64,000 nucleotides of DNA from Chrysomallon squamiferum (GCA_012295275.1 CM022672.1:4650001-4714000); one strand, 5' to 3'. Counted from the stretch's first letter, positions 1-28,407 are shown. Notes: generated by a model not told the origin, from the sequence alone. Program-made: numbers and translations.

Positions 1-315
1 CATATATCAGATATTAAAGAAAGAGAGTAGACAGAAAGTAAGAGAGGGACAGTTAGTGGAGGAGAGAGACAGCCACAGACAGGAAGAGACAGAATGAGAA
101 AGAGACAGACAGAAAGACAGAGCTTTGATAATTTATTCAGTTATTTTCCTACTTTACTTTTAACAAAGATTGATCTCGAGAATTAAATTCAGATTACGTA
201 ATGACAAAAAAAAAATAAAAAAATTATATATGGCTGTCAAAAACTTCGCATTCATATAATATTCAAGCATGACTGAATAACAGTTATTCTAACATAGATG
301 ATAAAAAAAAGATAC

Positions 316-12633
<12,318 letters not shown>

Positions 12634-12640
<7 letters not shown>

Positions 12641-12720
12641 TTTTACTGTGACAATTTCGTCGCCAAGGACGCGTTTTCAGTGACGTCCCATTGGGCGGAA
12701 CAATATTAATGTCCAGTACC
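12634..12720 (-). promoter_or_regulatory. Putative BTBD16 proximal promoter / 5' UTR
   Basis: Local GC/CpG-rich patch directly upstream of the ATG. It contains CCGCCATTTT (YY1/Pho-type motif overlapping the start codon), TGACGTC (CRE-like, 12681-12687), ATTGG (CCAAT on the minus strand) and GGGCGG (GC box). Confidence 0.5.
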
Positions 12721-14138
12721 TGGACAGAGTAATGTCGAAACAGGCAAAAGTGTTTATTTAATTATTAATAATAAAACATATTTCTAAAATAATAAATAAA
12801 TAAATAAATAAATCGCTAGTATTATTGTTAATTAAAACTGAACAGTTTTTTACTTCTGATATTATTTAATTAATATATGTAATGAATTTTTAAATATATT
12901 AATTATGATTTTATTTTCGTTATCATTCTGTTTATTCTTAACATCTCATATGTTTTATTCCTATTTATTTATTTTTATTTTATTTTATTTTATTTTATTT
13001 TTATTTTTCTTGCTTGTCTGTTTGAAAATATACTTATCTCAGAAGATGAAAATGATGCTAAATAATGTACGTGAACTTATAATAATATTAATATATTTTT
13101 AAAATGTCAATTGAAATTTAAAAAAATCAATAACAGTTTTTCAAAATTAGTCAATTTCTTTAACACTTATTATGCTAATTACAAAGTACAAATTAAGCAA
13201 TCTTAATTAAATTAATAAGATGAAACAGTAAATAGGACTAGCTATTGCGAAATCTCTGTTTGGTGACTGACAAATGTGCCAGTGGGACAATGGCAAAAAT
13301 GCTCAACATATGTATCACGTGATATGACAGTATATCAGAAAGCAACGAAATATTCAACAAAATTAATAAAAGGTCTCAGACGGATTTTTATTTTTCAACT
13401 GTCACTCCAACCTTAAATTAATGCACTGTAAAGTGTTAGTGTAATACTAATACATGTCGCATTTTATTTTCTGTGAGTACATTGGAATTCCGTAAAGTGA
13501 GTAAACGGTAAGAAAAAGAAAAGAAAAGAAATGAAAAAAAAAAAGTTTTCCTGATAGGTCCAACTAAAAAAAACAACAAAAAAAAACAAACAAACAAACA
13601 AACAAAAAAAAAATAAAATAAAAAAATAAAAAACCCACACATTTAAAGGAATTGTTTGAAATGAATAATGTATGGTCACACAAAAAAAAAAATAACACAG
13701 TCAATAACAGTTTCGCCAAATACAGGAACAACAGCAGCAGCAGCAGCAGCAACAACAACAACAACAATAATAATAATTACTTCGGCATTTCAAACAGCGT
13801 CACACTTGCGAATCATACACGCCCTGATATGCTGATTAAATTGTTTCGTTTATCTTTTATATTAACACTGTGCAGGAGGTTTGGGGTGGGGTGGAAGATT
13901 TCTGACATGTAGATATGTGCAAAACACAAGGATGTCATCGATCATTCACCCGTGATATTTATTAATGAGTAAAATACATGCCACATGGATTAAGTACACG
14001 ATTCTAATAATAGTTGGATTATGTTCATTGTTGCTCTTTCAGTCAGTCAGTTGGCACCTTTACAACTTGTCGTTATTCTAGTGACCCGGAGATAACTTAC
14101 TTCGATACACGCAAACTTAAAAATCCCAAAACAAAACA

Positions 14139-14189
<51 letters not shown>

Positions 14190-14421
14190 CAACAAAAAAA
14201 AAAAAAAAAAAAAAAACATTAGTAATAAAAACAGCAATAAAAAAGTAATAAAATAATAATATATGAAGAAAAAACCCATTGATTATTCTTAAATCAGATA
14301 ATAATAGCATAACATATAGAAATGCATGATTATTATTTAAAACAACAACGACGACAACAACCCCCCAAAAGAAAACCTTTAGTATTTATAAAAACAATAC
14401 AAAATAAAAATAATAAATATA

Positions 14422-14453
<32 letters not shown>

Positions 14454-16262
14454 AAAAATAAATAAATAAATAAATAATGAAAATAAAAATAAAATAGATG
14501 CTAAATTTCCATATTGTAAGAAAAGATTGTAGTCTCTAGAAAAAAGGGAAAGCACTTACCAGATTCCACATAACTATGTTTTCAAATCGATGAAAAGCAA
14601 AATATTTTCATGTTAAATTTTATATTAAATATTATTCGGTTTATTAATAAATCTTTGTCATTCGTATCTTTAATTAACAAAATATTGGTATCAGTGATTA
14701 ATTTACAAAATACTTACTTACTTACTCACTTAATTAATTTATTTATTTATTTTTTTTTATTATTATTGTTGTTATTTTTGTATCGTAATGCAGTGTACTT
14801 TTCAGTAGCTTTTAAAATAGAGTTGTTTCCCTTGATAAGAAACTCGTACTATTACTATGTCAACTTCTAATTTTACTGTATTAATATTACTACTGCTACT
14901 GCCACGTCGCCTATTCTGTCGCTACTGCATTTACCATTGTTAGTTGTGAATGATGATTGCAGTGAGTAAAATAATTATTATATCTAATATTTTCGGCTTA
15001 CTTCCATGTTGCCTAGAATGTGAAAAAGTAACATTCCTGTTAAAAAGTTAAAATTCCCTATGGTCCCTATATATAAGAAACACCGTAACAAAACAATATG
15101 ACAAACAATAAAACATTTATCTGATTTTAAAAACGAATAAATGAATTAATATTAAATTACAAATACCAAGGGGATATATATTTGAAGCAAACAAACAAAC
15201 AAAAAATATAATGAAATAGTATATTTTTTTATATATAAATATAATAAGTAACTAACTAACTGAATAAATAAATAAATAAATTAATTGAAAAAAATAAAAT
15301 AAGAGTGAGTGTTGTAATATTAACGACGAATGTCACCTTTTCATTTTGAAGACAGAATGGGAAGTAATCATTATTTTAATAGTTAATGCAAAATGAAGTG
15401 GATTGTAATTCAAGCTGATGAAGTGAAAGTGGAACAGGATAAAATAATAAAATAAATGACTAAATAAATAAATAAAATCAATAGAACATTTGGATATAAC
15501 GTGTACATGTGGTCAGAGGTGATAATTAGATTGTTATTTGCCTAGCTATCTTTAGACATGGCTTCTGTTCACGTTTAAAATAATTCAATACTTATTAAAG
15601 GCTTTTAGCATGTTTGGTTTGTATCTAACAATGGTATGACACAGAAGAAAAACTTCACGATTAGGTGCAAGATATTTCAGTTACAGGAGAACACACACCC
15701 AGAAATTTAATATGTCTGGAACACTGGCTGGATAGGACAGTAATTCACCAGACACCCTGGGAAGAACTGTTCATGTGACCATCTACGCGTGGAGGGATGA
15801 AGGGGTGTTATAAACACAGAAATAAAAAAAATAAAAAAAAATAAAAAAAATTCCTTCGATAGGCATAATCTGCCAGTATTCCCTCGTGACTACCCTCCGG
15901 AAAGACCCTACTCCCCCCTCTACGATTTCAGAACGGATCCTGGCAAACTATCTCTGATTAAGAAGGAGATAAACAGAGATCTTTGTTAACCACTGAACTA
16001 ACTGTTTTCGTGTACGGTACGAGTCGACCTTCTTAGCGAAGGGTCGTCTGCTGTCAGCTAATTGGCCAACGCAGGGCAAAAAATGGCGCGAACAAAAACT
16101 GATTAAGTCGCCAAACTCGGTTTGGCGTGGATCTTTAATTTTAGAAAGCATCGTGTCCGCGGGCCGGCCTTAGTTTGAAACACGTTCAATAGCATCTGCT
16201 GTGAGATTCCATACTTAGACATGCGTAAAACCTAATGAGAGGCGATAATGCATTTGCGAAAA

Positions 16263-16329
<67 letters not shown>

Positions 16330-16374
16330 TTAAGGCTGAGATCTTTGTAATAGGTCATACATTTTAGAAAGAGC

Positions 16375-16472
16375 TATAATTTTATCAACAGCTGTTTGAT
16401 TGCCGATTTTATAAAATATTTTAATAATTTTTATAATTTTATCAACAGCTGTTTGATTGCCGTTTTTATAAA
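16375..16472. repeat. Local direct duplication of ~41 bp
   Basis: TATAATTTTATCAACAGCTGTTTGATTGCCG(A/T)TTTTATAAA at 16375-16415 and 16432-16472, with one mismatch. Confidence 0.9.
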
Positions 16473-16656
16473 CAGTCTGGCTATTTTCTCACTGTGTAGT
16501 CAGACTGTAGTTTGGATTAAAAATGAAACCGTAACTAATAATGAAATACTAAATTTAAGATGACAGATTATTTATTTATTTATTTATTTATTAAATATCA
16601 CTTTTGATTGTGCTGTGAGCTACGTGTACTAATCCTTTAGTTTACTACTACTGCTA

Positions 16657-16758
<102 letters not shown>

Positions 16759-17939
16759 TCCTTGATTGTTAGTCGAAAATAAACGAGTAATCCGGAACGG
16801 CAAAATGATGTCAGTAATGGGCAAATGTCATACACGAAAGACATCCATAATCATTGTGTTGTGGTAGTTTTCAGTTCGCTGAAATTCATTTGTTTAAGGC
16901 AGGAAGTTACTGTTATTTTTACTAATTATTTACTAAACGAAACATTTCAAATCTTGATACTCTTGGCATAAATTACATATCAAATGACGGCTGATTAACA
17001 AATATATAAATCAGATTGTTTGGATACTGTATTGGCCTTTACATTTTATATATTTATCAAAACTAAAATATCACAGACTACCTGCCAAACAAATGTTTCT
17101 CTTGTATTCTTTTTAATTTTATATATTTCCCAGTTTTTCTTTCTTTCATTCCTTTCTTTTCTTTCTTTCTTATCATTTTTCTTTTTTTTTTTTTTATTGA
17201 TTTTGTTACAGAACCGTCATATGAATAACTATCCCAAATAATGTTTAGAAATTTCAAAGCTTAAATTATAAAAATTATCCTGACGTTTGATCGTTCTGCT
17301 ACATCATTAACGTCATCACTGACATCTTCGACGACGTCTCAGTGTATTCAGATCATTGTTGCAGATGACTGCTTGTCAAACATAATAATGACTGTTGTGT
17401 AATGACTATCAGAGAGAGCTGCCTGCTGGTTGTTTCGAGTGAAAGGAAAATATCTCTGTAATTTTTCAGTTTAACCGTACCCCTGTTCTTCAGACGTTTA
17501 TCTCAATACGTTCCTACGATTTTTCAGCTAATGCTAATATCAAAATGTCATATGTTTTATAAGCAACCTCTCTTTGTGAAAGCATATACGAATACGATAT
17601 ATAAAATCTGCATCAAATATAAAATCTGCGATTGGTGTATTTGCAAGGCTGTAAGTGTAATGAGACCTCATACCGAAATCGACGATTTTGTAAATTTTTA
17701 ATTCTTTATTTTTTTTTATTTTTTTTTTTATTGTTATTTTATACAAAGATTTTATTTAAATGATGTAGAATATAAATGTCTTTTGCGATAGAAACGATGT
17801 CCACTGAATGAATTTGTACGTGTCTATGGTTACCGTTTGTAGTTTACCGACATAGTAGCGATAAAAAACAATACTGACTCGGCGATTAAGAATTTTTGCC
17901 TCATTTCAAAAAGAGTCTAGTTACGGCCATGTGTTCAGT

Positions 17940-17979
<40 letters not shown>

Positions 17980-18169
17980 CAAACAAACAAACAACAAAAA
18001 AAAAACACCCCAAAACAATCACTGATACTGTAGAGCGAACATCCTCCGGCCTAAAGGCAGAGTGTTCAAAAACTTACTGGGAACATTCAAGACTACTATT
18101 TGCATTTCTTGTCTAAATAAACCTTTAACATACTGCTCCAGGAATACGTGAATCTAGATGGGTCTATGC

Positions 18170-18201
<32 letters not shown>

Positions 18202-19560
18202 TGTAATTTGTTTTCTGACTGAATGTAAACATAGCTTACAACGACAGTGTGTAAAGGAAACTTTGATTTGAAAGCTAGAATTAGCCTCTGGCAATTTATA
18301 CAATCTCTTTATTCTTGTACGAGTGATGAAAGAACAATTCGAAGAACATTGCTGAGAAAATTCTTTTAGATCTAGCCTCCAAGGCTATCGATTAAAGTTT
18401 TATGACAGTATCGTAGGAAGCGAACAAAATTAAGTGATATCAGCTCAACAGAACATAAAAATAAGTGTTAATTATTATGTGAAAAGACATTCAACATTTA
18501 TTTTTGTTTATTTAATATCATTAGTTGTTACTGAAGAACGTATGAAAATGAAACGAAACCACATGAAAAAAAACCTAGAGAAATAGATAATAATGATTAT
18601 GATTATGATGATGATGTTGACGATGATGATGATGATGATAATCTGTTGTCAAGGTTTAATTTAGTTTAAATTAATTTAATTTATGTTATTTTATATTATT
18701 ATATAATTTTTTAAATTTTATTTTGTTTGTTGTGGTTTGTTTTTTTATTCGATTTTTTTTAATTTTTTTTTTTATTATTTTTTTTAATTGTTTATTTTTT
18801 TTTATTTTGCTAAACCTCAGAGAACAAATCCCTTTTGGAGTTCCACGTCTCCTAGCTGAGGGCTCTACGCAAGAAAAGTGCTAAGAGATTTCTCCAAATG
18901 TCTGACTCATTAAAACGAAATTAGCGCCATTCTGCTGCACTCAGACAAGCTCCAGGGCTGGCTGCCATTCCGACACCGACGTTTTCACTGACGTGCTACC
19001 AGACTCCCCAGAAACCCAGCTATTGAACACAGTTTAAAGCTTCACATTTGTTGAAGCCATCAATGCCAAAGAGAATATCTTAATGGTTACTAGAGAGTTA
19101 GTTTAGTAACTGAGTGATAGGTATTCAGACATATAGACAGACAGACAGAGAAATATATAGTTATATATATGTATCTAGATAGATAGATATATAGATAAAC
19201 TGATAGATAGATAGATAGATAGATAGACATATAGATAGTCAGATAGACAAATAGATAGTCAGATAGACAAATAGATAGACAGATAAATAGATAGAGAGAG
19301 AGACAGAGAGAGAGACCGAGAGATAGACAGATAGATAGATAGAGAGAGAGAGAGAGACAGAGTGCGTGAACGAGCACTGGAAAGACATTCAGTTTGTACT
19401 GTAACAAATGACTGCTTTTTCTTTTTTCTTTTTTTTCTTCTGTTTGTTGTGTCTACATATTATTCGTAGTAGCTGTTATTATGATAGCAGTATTCATTTA
19501 TTATTATTGTAATTATTTATTTATTTATTTATTCATTCTTTCATTCATTCATTCATTCAT

Positions 19561-19607
<47 letters not shown>

Positions 19608-20566
19608 TTGTTAAATCTAAATTGGAAAGACAAAATATATTGACCAATTTGTCGAGGTCTTTCAGTGCTGTGATTAATTCTTGGTTCACTTTTTCAATCA
19701 TTATATTATTCCCCTTTATCTTCTAAGAAAATGTATAATGACGGAAAAAATATTTCGATAAACGTTCGGGCGGTGAAAGATATTTACTTTCATTTGATGA
19801 AGCAGGCATGATGAACTCAGGAAAATCATTCTTTTCTCACACAGTCTCTAATAAATGAGTTAAAAGCAAAGATCTGAGAAATAAATGAATAGCATTTTGT
19901 ACAGCGTTAAGATAGAGATTTTTTTGTTAAATGTGTGACTCACTTCAACTAAAGGTATAGAAAGTACACAGTTTGGTGACGTTTTCAGATGTTATGTTAT
20001 TCAGGAAATACAAAATGACTAATTTTGAAATGTTGTTCTAGACGCATCTTATTCTCGTATGACGATTTAAAATGACGTTATGACTTTTTAAAGTCGACTA
20101 CTGTCTATAGAAATTTAAAGTTTTAATAGATATTTAGTTACCTGTTTTGAAATGTTCGTTTAGCCGTTTTAGTGATACAGGTGCACATGCATACACTCCT
20201 CAGATTAATATGGTGAGAGTTTTAAACTCAATTTTAGAAAAACAACGATGACAACGACAACAACAACAACAACAACAAAAAAAATAATAATAATAAAAGT
20301 AAAATATTAATAAAAAATAAATAAAATAAAAACAACAACATGAAATATAGATAATTATGTTTTACATTTCTCTAAACCGAAGCAAATATTGTGACTTTTT
20401 GCACCTTTGATTCAGACACTCATAGAATTTGTTTGTGTAGATGTCTTTAAGTATATATATATATTTAAAGCTATCTATCTTTTGTGTCTCTCACTCTGTT
20501 ATTGTTTGAATAATTACTTTTGTTGTTTATAAAATGTTATATTTATTTGCATATTGTTGGTATCAG

Positions 20567-20702
<136 letters not shown>

Positions 20703-21280
20703 TAAAACACACACACGTTTTTGTAAATCACTGTGTCCTTGGGCACTGAAGTCTGACAAACACCAGTGTATTCCCAAATCGGAATCATATTTCAGCTAAT
20801 ATCCTGTATGAAATAATGAAGTTCTAATTAAATTTACTGTCTACACATACAGTGTCCAAAACGGCTAAAATCCGTTACACTAGACACATACAACACGTTT
20901 TTAATTTCCACGAAGCTCGCCGATCAATACCGAACAGATACGAAGGGGATATTATCTAAGCTGGCAGTCCAGATGGCGATATGAAAATTCATTCTAACAC
21001 AAGAGACGGCTGCATTAGACATCAGTGCATTAACTTGACAAATCCAAATAATTCCCAGCCGATTCTCTATCAAATAACTATAAATCCATGCTGTGGTTCC
21101 TGGCAGTCTCAAGAGTTTTCCAGGATTTTTGTTTGGACAGGAGGAGCGATGCAGTTTATTCAGTCAAGAACTCTACAGAATGTTAAAATAAAAATTGTCG
21201 TTGCTGATACCAGACTGGTGACCAAAAATAAAATTAAATGGATTTAACTGCTGAATATAATACACACACACACACACACA

Positions 21281-21329
<49 letters not shown>

Positions 21330-21379
21330 AGACAGACAGACAGACAGAGAGAGAGACAGACAGACAGAGACAGACAGAC

Positions 21380-21418
<39 letters not shown>

Positions 21419-22552
21419 GAGAGAGAGAGACGGATATATAGTAAGGTACAAATGAGAGACATATAAAAATGAGAGTAGTATCGAATAGCTAATTTCAAGA
21501 AAGATGTACAATAAAGTTTAATTATTTGTGGAGGTTTCATTTCCTTCACCTGGGTATGACATCAACACTGTACAGTGTCAATACGTAAACAAACAAACAA
21601 ATAAATAAATATATAAAACTTCTAATATATAAATATAAGATAATACAAGACATCTATTTTAAAGAAGCATAAATATTTAGATGCCCCAACAAACAAATTC
21701 CCTAATAAAAATAACAACAACAACAACGACAACATCAACAACAATTCAGCTTTAAATAGCTGCACACATAGACATTACATTTTAATGACAGATTTCTTTT
21801 TTAATTATTTGTACTTTTAACATTTTTATTTTCATATTTGTTTCTGAAAAGAGGAAATATAAATAGCAGTTTTATTATTATTATTATTATTATTTGTTAT
21901 GACTAAATTTATAAGATGCTGTTCCTCCATTTCTGAAATCTAGTATCCATCCCCGCTGAATATCAAGTTATCATTATTATTTAATGTAAAAGGATTGGCA
22001 TCACATTTTACGTCCGTGATGCTGTTTTCTTTTATAGAAAAACTGTAAAGAGGATTAAAAGGGTTTAAATTAAATATTTCAAAATCCTTTACCATTATTT
22101 AACTTAAAAAAAAAAAAAAAAAAAATGTTTACCTTTCTTTTTTCTTGCGTTTCTTCGTCATCTTCTTCCTGTTTTTTTATTGTTATTATCATTTTTTTTA
22201 AATATTCTTTTTTTTTTTTTTGTTTCCCCCCCCCTTTAGTTAATATTGTTTTTCTTTTTGTCTCAAATAGCTATTCAAGTAACGTGAAAAATAAATCTAT
22301 AAAATTATTTTATTGATGTTGAATCTGTTAAGACAACATTAAAATTATTTAAAAGCACATCCATTAAGAATGCATGCATTAACTTTTGTCACGTTTGAAA
22401 ACTGTTACGATAGCATAATAGAAAACACCTACAAGAACACCAAAAAAAAGCAAAAAATAAAATAAAATAAAAGCAACCATCCAAAGAAGACGACAAAAAC
22501 AATAATAGAAGAAAGCCCCAATAAATTATTACTAAAAAATCAACAACAACGG

Positions 22553-22583
<31 letters not shown>

Positions 22584-24708
22584 AAACAATAATGATAATA
22601 ATAATAATAGTAATAAAACGAGACAAACATTTTCTGTTTTGTAAAAACAGAAAACATCACAACTGTTTGATGATTGTATATCTCTTTCTCTATATGTATG
22701 TATATATGTATGTATGTATGTATATATGTATGTATGTATGTATGTATGTAAATAATGTATGTATATTTGTGTAGATGTATGTATATATATGTGTGTGTGT
22801 GTGTATGTATGTATGTATCTATCTATCTATATATCTATCTGCATATCTCTCTATCTATATATTATATTTCTATCTTATACCCTTTTTGCTTATTAATATT
22901 TTTTTTCTATCAAAAATAATTTTGCACTGATACATGTTAATTAATAATTCTTCTCTTACATTTTGATGTCAGCTCGTTGTTAATATTCCATTATAAAATT
23001 CGTTTCTTCTGCATTTTTTTTTTTTTTTTTTTTCATATCCAAAGTTTTTCGGATATTTTTTAAAAAGGAAAAGGCTTTACTGTGTTACATAAAAGCAAAT
23101 GGCACCTTTCTAACAGTTACAACAAATATTAGCGATGAAAGGAAACATAAGCACACAAGTGGACGCTGAGTTAATTAGCAAAAAGGACAAGGTCGTTACC
23201 AAGCGTTGCCTTGACAACGGCACGTATTTATCTAAGAATGGAAAACTTGTGCGTCCTCAATTTTCACTAACGCAATCTAGTTAGTGCTAAAAAAAAATAA
23301 TAAAAAAATAAAAAGAAGAAGAAGAGCATATTAGTGGGTTAAACATACTACGACAGTTCTACAAAAATAGACGTGCAAGAAGTGAATGATGATTCCGTTT
23401 AAATGGCGACCAGTTTAAAGACAGACGATCGTGTGTTTCCGGTTGTGCAAAACCCTTTAATAGTTTGGTTACGTATAATATTACACCAGTGTTTTATACA
23501 ACTTCAATATCTCAGATACAAAAATAACAACAACAACAAAAAAAAAAAAAAAAAAAAAAATAATAATAATAATAATCAAAACTAACTAACTAACTAACTA
23601 ACTAAATAAATAAAAATATTAATAGTTATTATCATTTCAGTTTGTATTCGCAGTTTACCTCCTATTTTTAAAAAGCATAAACAGTTTTGGCCACTACCTG
23701 AAAATAATACCTAAAATTTTGTTATTAAAATATTTTACTGGCATAAACTTTAATAATCACTCTGAAGCACACAGAAGCACAGTAATCTAAATAAATTCAT
23801 AGCATCAGCGTTCTGTGAGAAATACTTTGTGGTGAATACACTGCGGTAGACAAAACAACTACAAACACATGAGTAATTAAGCGAGACTGAGATTTCAGAA
23901 ACACAAGAATTAAAAATGTCACCAAAGTGCTGGTCAGAGTCGTAAAAATTAAATGTATTTATTTTTAATTTATATGTAACAATAATACTGATTTAATTAA
24001 AAGTGACACAATTATTATTAGTATTAGTAGTAGTAATAATAGTATTGTTGTTGTTGTTATGATTAAATAAAATAAAGGGATACTCTAAAAAATAGTGTTT
24101 AAAACAAAAATATGTACAAATCTATTATTGATTTAGGGATTTTGCATTTTCGCTTTCTCTTTTTCGTAATTATCTGCAGATATTTTTATCTTTTCAGAAA
24201 TACCTTAACAAACAAAACTTTCAGTTTTTAAAATGAATTGCTGAATTTAATTTCTGAACTTTGTACAGTCACGAAAACACGCCGTCAGCGGACATAAAAC
24301 GTAGACTGGTTTGAAAAGAACTGTTACGTTCAGCAACCCAACAAGTCGGTCTTCCTTCACAATTTCCGATTTCAAAAATCGTTCACTGAACTTTCTTGTT
24401 TCGTGACTGATGACGTTGTTGCAGTAGAAGAAGGGCTCGTTAATAACACGTGGTTGACAACGTCCCGTGAGAAACGTCTAATTCGATGCGCTAACCCACA
24501 ACAGCGCCAAGGGACGCAATGATGGAACTGGTGTTTAATTGAATGCATGGCAGTGATAGATACAAATGTGTGAATTATCTTACTTGAAGCCTAATTGACA
24601 ACTCATTGGTATTATTTTTTTCCCCTCGCGTATCTGACACATTATGGAATATCCAGCCGTGGGAGGCTATTTATTTTTACTTTTTTTTTTCTATGTCACT
24701 GTTTCTGA

Positions 24709-24795
<87 letters not shown>

Positions 24796-25874
24796 CACAC
24801 ACACAGAGAGACATACACAGATAGAGTTAAACGAATAAAGAGGAACAATGCATTAAACAGAATCTAGAACATTATTTCAATACTACATATATTTTCGTAC
24901 CTCGATGTATTGATTTTATTGCTATTTGTTTCCTTCTTTCCATTTCAGTATTCTGGAGATAGCCATCATTAACTGAAAACTATTTCAGGGTCGCCGGAAA
25001 AAGGCGTGCTGTAATTTGTGGTTTTCTTTCTTTTTAAAAAAATAAATAAAAAAATAACGAACACGCAAGTCTTTTCGATCAAACTTCCTCGAGTGATGAA
25101 TGCGAAGATTTTGTCAACAGGAAAATGAATCTTAAAACTTTTTTCTTTCGTTGAATAAATGCAAAAAAAAAGCAACAATAATTTTAAAGTACTGGGCTGT
25201 TGTTTAGTGATAGAACATGCAGGTTTGATGGCTGCAGATAATAAGATCAATTCTTGTCAATGCGCTTTTTAGCCTATTGCCCCAAGAACGTTTTAACAAA
25301 TCCTGCATGCGATTCCGTAGCTGCCAATCATGAACAGATAGCTGTAGATTCACAGCACCGAGTCTTTTCGTTCATTATCAAAGTCTTAACAATAAAGGTG
25401 AATTAAAAATTAAAACAAATGTATTTATTCACTTTCGCACTCAAGTGAAAAACAGAAAGGAAAGAAACTCTCTCTCTCTCTCGACCTACCATTTTTCCAA
25501 AGATTCCGCAATTCTTATTCTAATTCCAGATACCGCAGTTCTTATTCTAGTTCCAGAACGCAGTTCTATCTGATCTTTATGTGTCGTTGACTCTGTTTAT
25601 GATCAGCAGTGTATTATTATCACTGGTGAGGAAGCTGATATAGTGTATAGTACAAATAGCATTAATCTTTTTTCATTTATCCTGGGGATAGCAGAAACAG
25701 AGTCGGTTTACATTCATCATATCTGTTTCAGAGTGAAACAAGATTTCAGAAAACAGTCAACATTCACAGCATATCAACTGTATATTAGAGAAATATCTGA
25801 AGGGATATCATCGATTATGTGTCTGTATGTGTTGTGAGACAATGTCTGAAGGTGTGTGTGTCTCTGTGTGTGTT

Positions 25875-25910
<36 letters not shown>

Positions 25911-26959
25911 CGTGTATGTTTAAATCAGTGGATTTCTCTTCACCACTGTCAAGGATCTTCCAGACAAATCCATACGGATTAACGAGATTCGAAATTTTAA
26001 AAAGATTGTTTAATTTAACAAAACTTTTTTACCGATCGCCTTAATTTGGAATTATCCTTTTGTACAATTCTTTTTCACTCACTCTCCAATTTCCTGTTCC
26101 CTCAGGTTTTATAAATAAACTTGCAAAATCAATATATTTTCCATTTCGAGCAAAAGAATAAAGTTTAAATAATAAATGAAGACACTGGAAGAATTCTTAA
26201 AATAAATAATTAAAATATGAGATCTATTGTAAAGAACTGAGTGTGTACTTTTATAAAATTGCCAGATTTTTTTATTTTTAAATTATTTGTTTAACGAAAT
26301 GTCAACACATGCACATTAACATTTATTAGTCATTAATATGCGGGTTAATTCAAAGTAAACGAGAGAAAACTATATAATTTTTTACATCATTTTTTTTTTT
26401 TTTTTTTTTTTTTTTATAGATTACACACACAAACAACTACCTATAAATATACATGCATACATACACACATACATAAATAAATATATATGCATACGTTCAT
26501 ACATGCTTATATGATGTACCTAGGAATGTGATATTGTAATATTTCTGATGTAATAATTCCTATAACATTACGTCAAGCGACACACAAACAAGAAAATATA
26601 TCACTGTGTTTGATACTCGTTCAACAGCACCTAAAACGAGCATTAACCTAATGACCTTGACAAGAAGATCTAAAACAGAGACATTTTTCAGTGACTGAAT
26701 TACAGATCTGTCCATTTAACATTTGAAAAGTTAAAATTAACAGTCAATCAGTCAACAATTTGTTTACGATTGTGCTAAACTTCATATAAACTTCAGTCAT
26801 TTATAATCACAGTGGTGGAAGATAATTTAGAATAAATGGTGGGTGTACTCATATGTATTTTTTTTTGGGTTTCATGTTACACGTGTCTGAGTTTCCATTA
26901 TCAAACACGTCTGTCTTCTTGCATTTGTTTACTGAGCATGATGCTGTAATTAATCACAT

Positions 26960-27335
26960 AAAATAGTTGATGTCTTCTTACAGCTTTTAAAACAATTCGA
27001 TATAGGATGTGTCGTCAGCGGTATTCGATCCCATTCCCTTAGTGTTAAAACACGCCTGTCTTTGTAGAGTACGGGTTGCCTACTGGATATAGTCTTGTAA
27101 TTAATCAGAGAGAAAAAATTTAAATATTTTTTTTTTTTTAAATGTTGACATCTTACACTTCATTAGCTCTATGTATGGATAGATGCTGGTAATGGCGTTC
27201 GATCCCAGTGCATATTAATCTTAATATTAATCTTCAGAGCGGCGATTTTGCTACTGAGCCACCGATTAAGCCCCTCGACTTCGTTGATTGCGATCTTAGT
27301 GGAAAGATGTGTTATTACTAAACTGGATTTCCATC
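26960..27335. mobile_element. Dispersed repeat module B, copy 1, containing a degenerate tRNA-derived SINE-like head on the minus strand (~27185-27275)
   Basis: Aligns by eye with 29292-29657 (TATAGGATGTGYCGTCAGCGGTATTCGATCCCATTCCCTTAG...). The minus strand has A-box-like GGTGGCTCAGTAG (27251-27263) and B-box-like GGGATCGAAC (27197-27206) about 45 nt apart. Confidence 0.55.
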
Positions 27336-27511
27336 TCTGATCACACTCGAGAGAAATGAAGTGCTCGAAACGCTTCTATTTATAGAACAATTTTCAAACT
27401 GATGGCCAAATTGCTGGCAATAATTTTCAGCTCTAAATCACACCGACACTGAATGGAAACGGAAGTGCGATGGATTCAGAGAGTTTCAGAATGAAGAATA
27501 ATGAGAAAGAA

Positions 27512-27544
<33 letters not shown>

Positions 27545-28182
27545 ATGAAAGCGATCAAGAAAAAAATATATATAAAAGCAAGCAGAGAAGAACAGATTGA
27601 ATTAATCAGTCAATAAGAATAATAAATAAATAAATAAAATGATTAAAACCAGTGATATTACAATAAACAGACTGTCTGTCTAGCTCTTTTTTCTTTTGAT
27701 ATCCCTCTTACACCCCATTTCTCTGTCTCTCACTCTTTCATTCTTTCATTCATTCTTTCTTTCTTTCTTTCTTTCTTAATACCTTTCTACCTGTATCTAA
27801 CGTCTATAATTTTGCTTTCTTTACATTTATTTATTTTCACTAAATATTGTAGTATATTTTCTCAGCAGACGAATAACAATAATTAGAGCAAAGTCTGAAA
27901 TGTGGACCAGTGTCCCTGAATAATGAATAAAGAATTCCAGAGTTGGTATTACTTCCTGTTGACACTTCCGGTCCGAAACCCTTTCACGTTGATCGATACT
28001 TGAGAAACGTCATTAAAACGTAATTATCACTAAGTACGAAACACTGCTCAGACGGTCAACTTCAGACAGGATATTGAAAACACACGTACGTCACGTGCTT
28101 TACCCTGACAGATTGACACAAGCACTTCTTCCAATTCGTAGTCTGGTTTGTGTTTATCTATCTGCTTATATATGTGTATTTT

Positions 28183-28407
28183 GTATGTATGTATGTATGT
28201 ATGTATGTATGTATGTATGTATGTATGTATGTATGTATGTATGTATGTATGTATGTATGTATGTATGTATGTATGTATGTATGTATGTATGTATGTATGT
28301 ATGTATGTATGTATGTATGTATGTATGTATGTATGTATGTATGTATGTATGTATGTATGTATGTATGTATGTATGTATGTATGTATGTGTATATGTATGT
28401 GTGTATG

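Noticed and set aside
15948-16151. Complex-looking 67-aa ORF, and similar ones at 32733..33044, 35289..35516, 44109..44318 and 50833..51336
   Set aside because: No recognisable domain and no consistent splice-site chain linking them; left as unassigned non-coding islands.
18040-18201. AATAAA followed by a long poly(A), suggesting a retrocopy 3' end
   Set aside because: The signal is ~55 nt from the A-run, there is no TSD or upstream ORF, and poly(A/T) runs are ubiquitous here.
27185-27275. Possible tRNA gene (also at 31222-31290)
   Set aside because: A- and B-box-like motifs are present, but I cannot form acceptor and anticodon stems, so these are treated as SINE-like relics.
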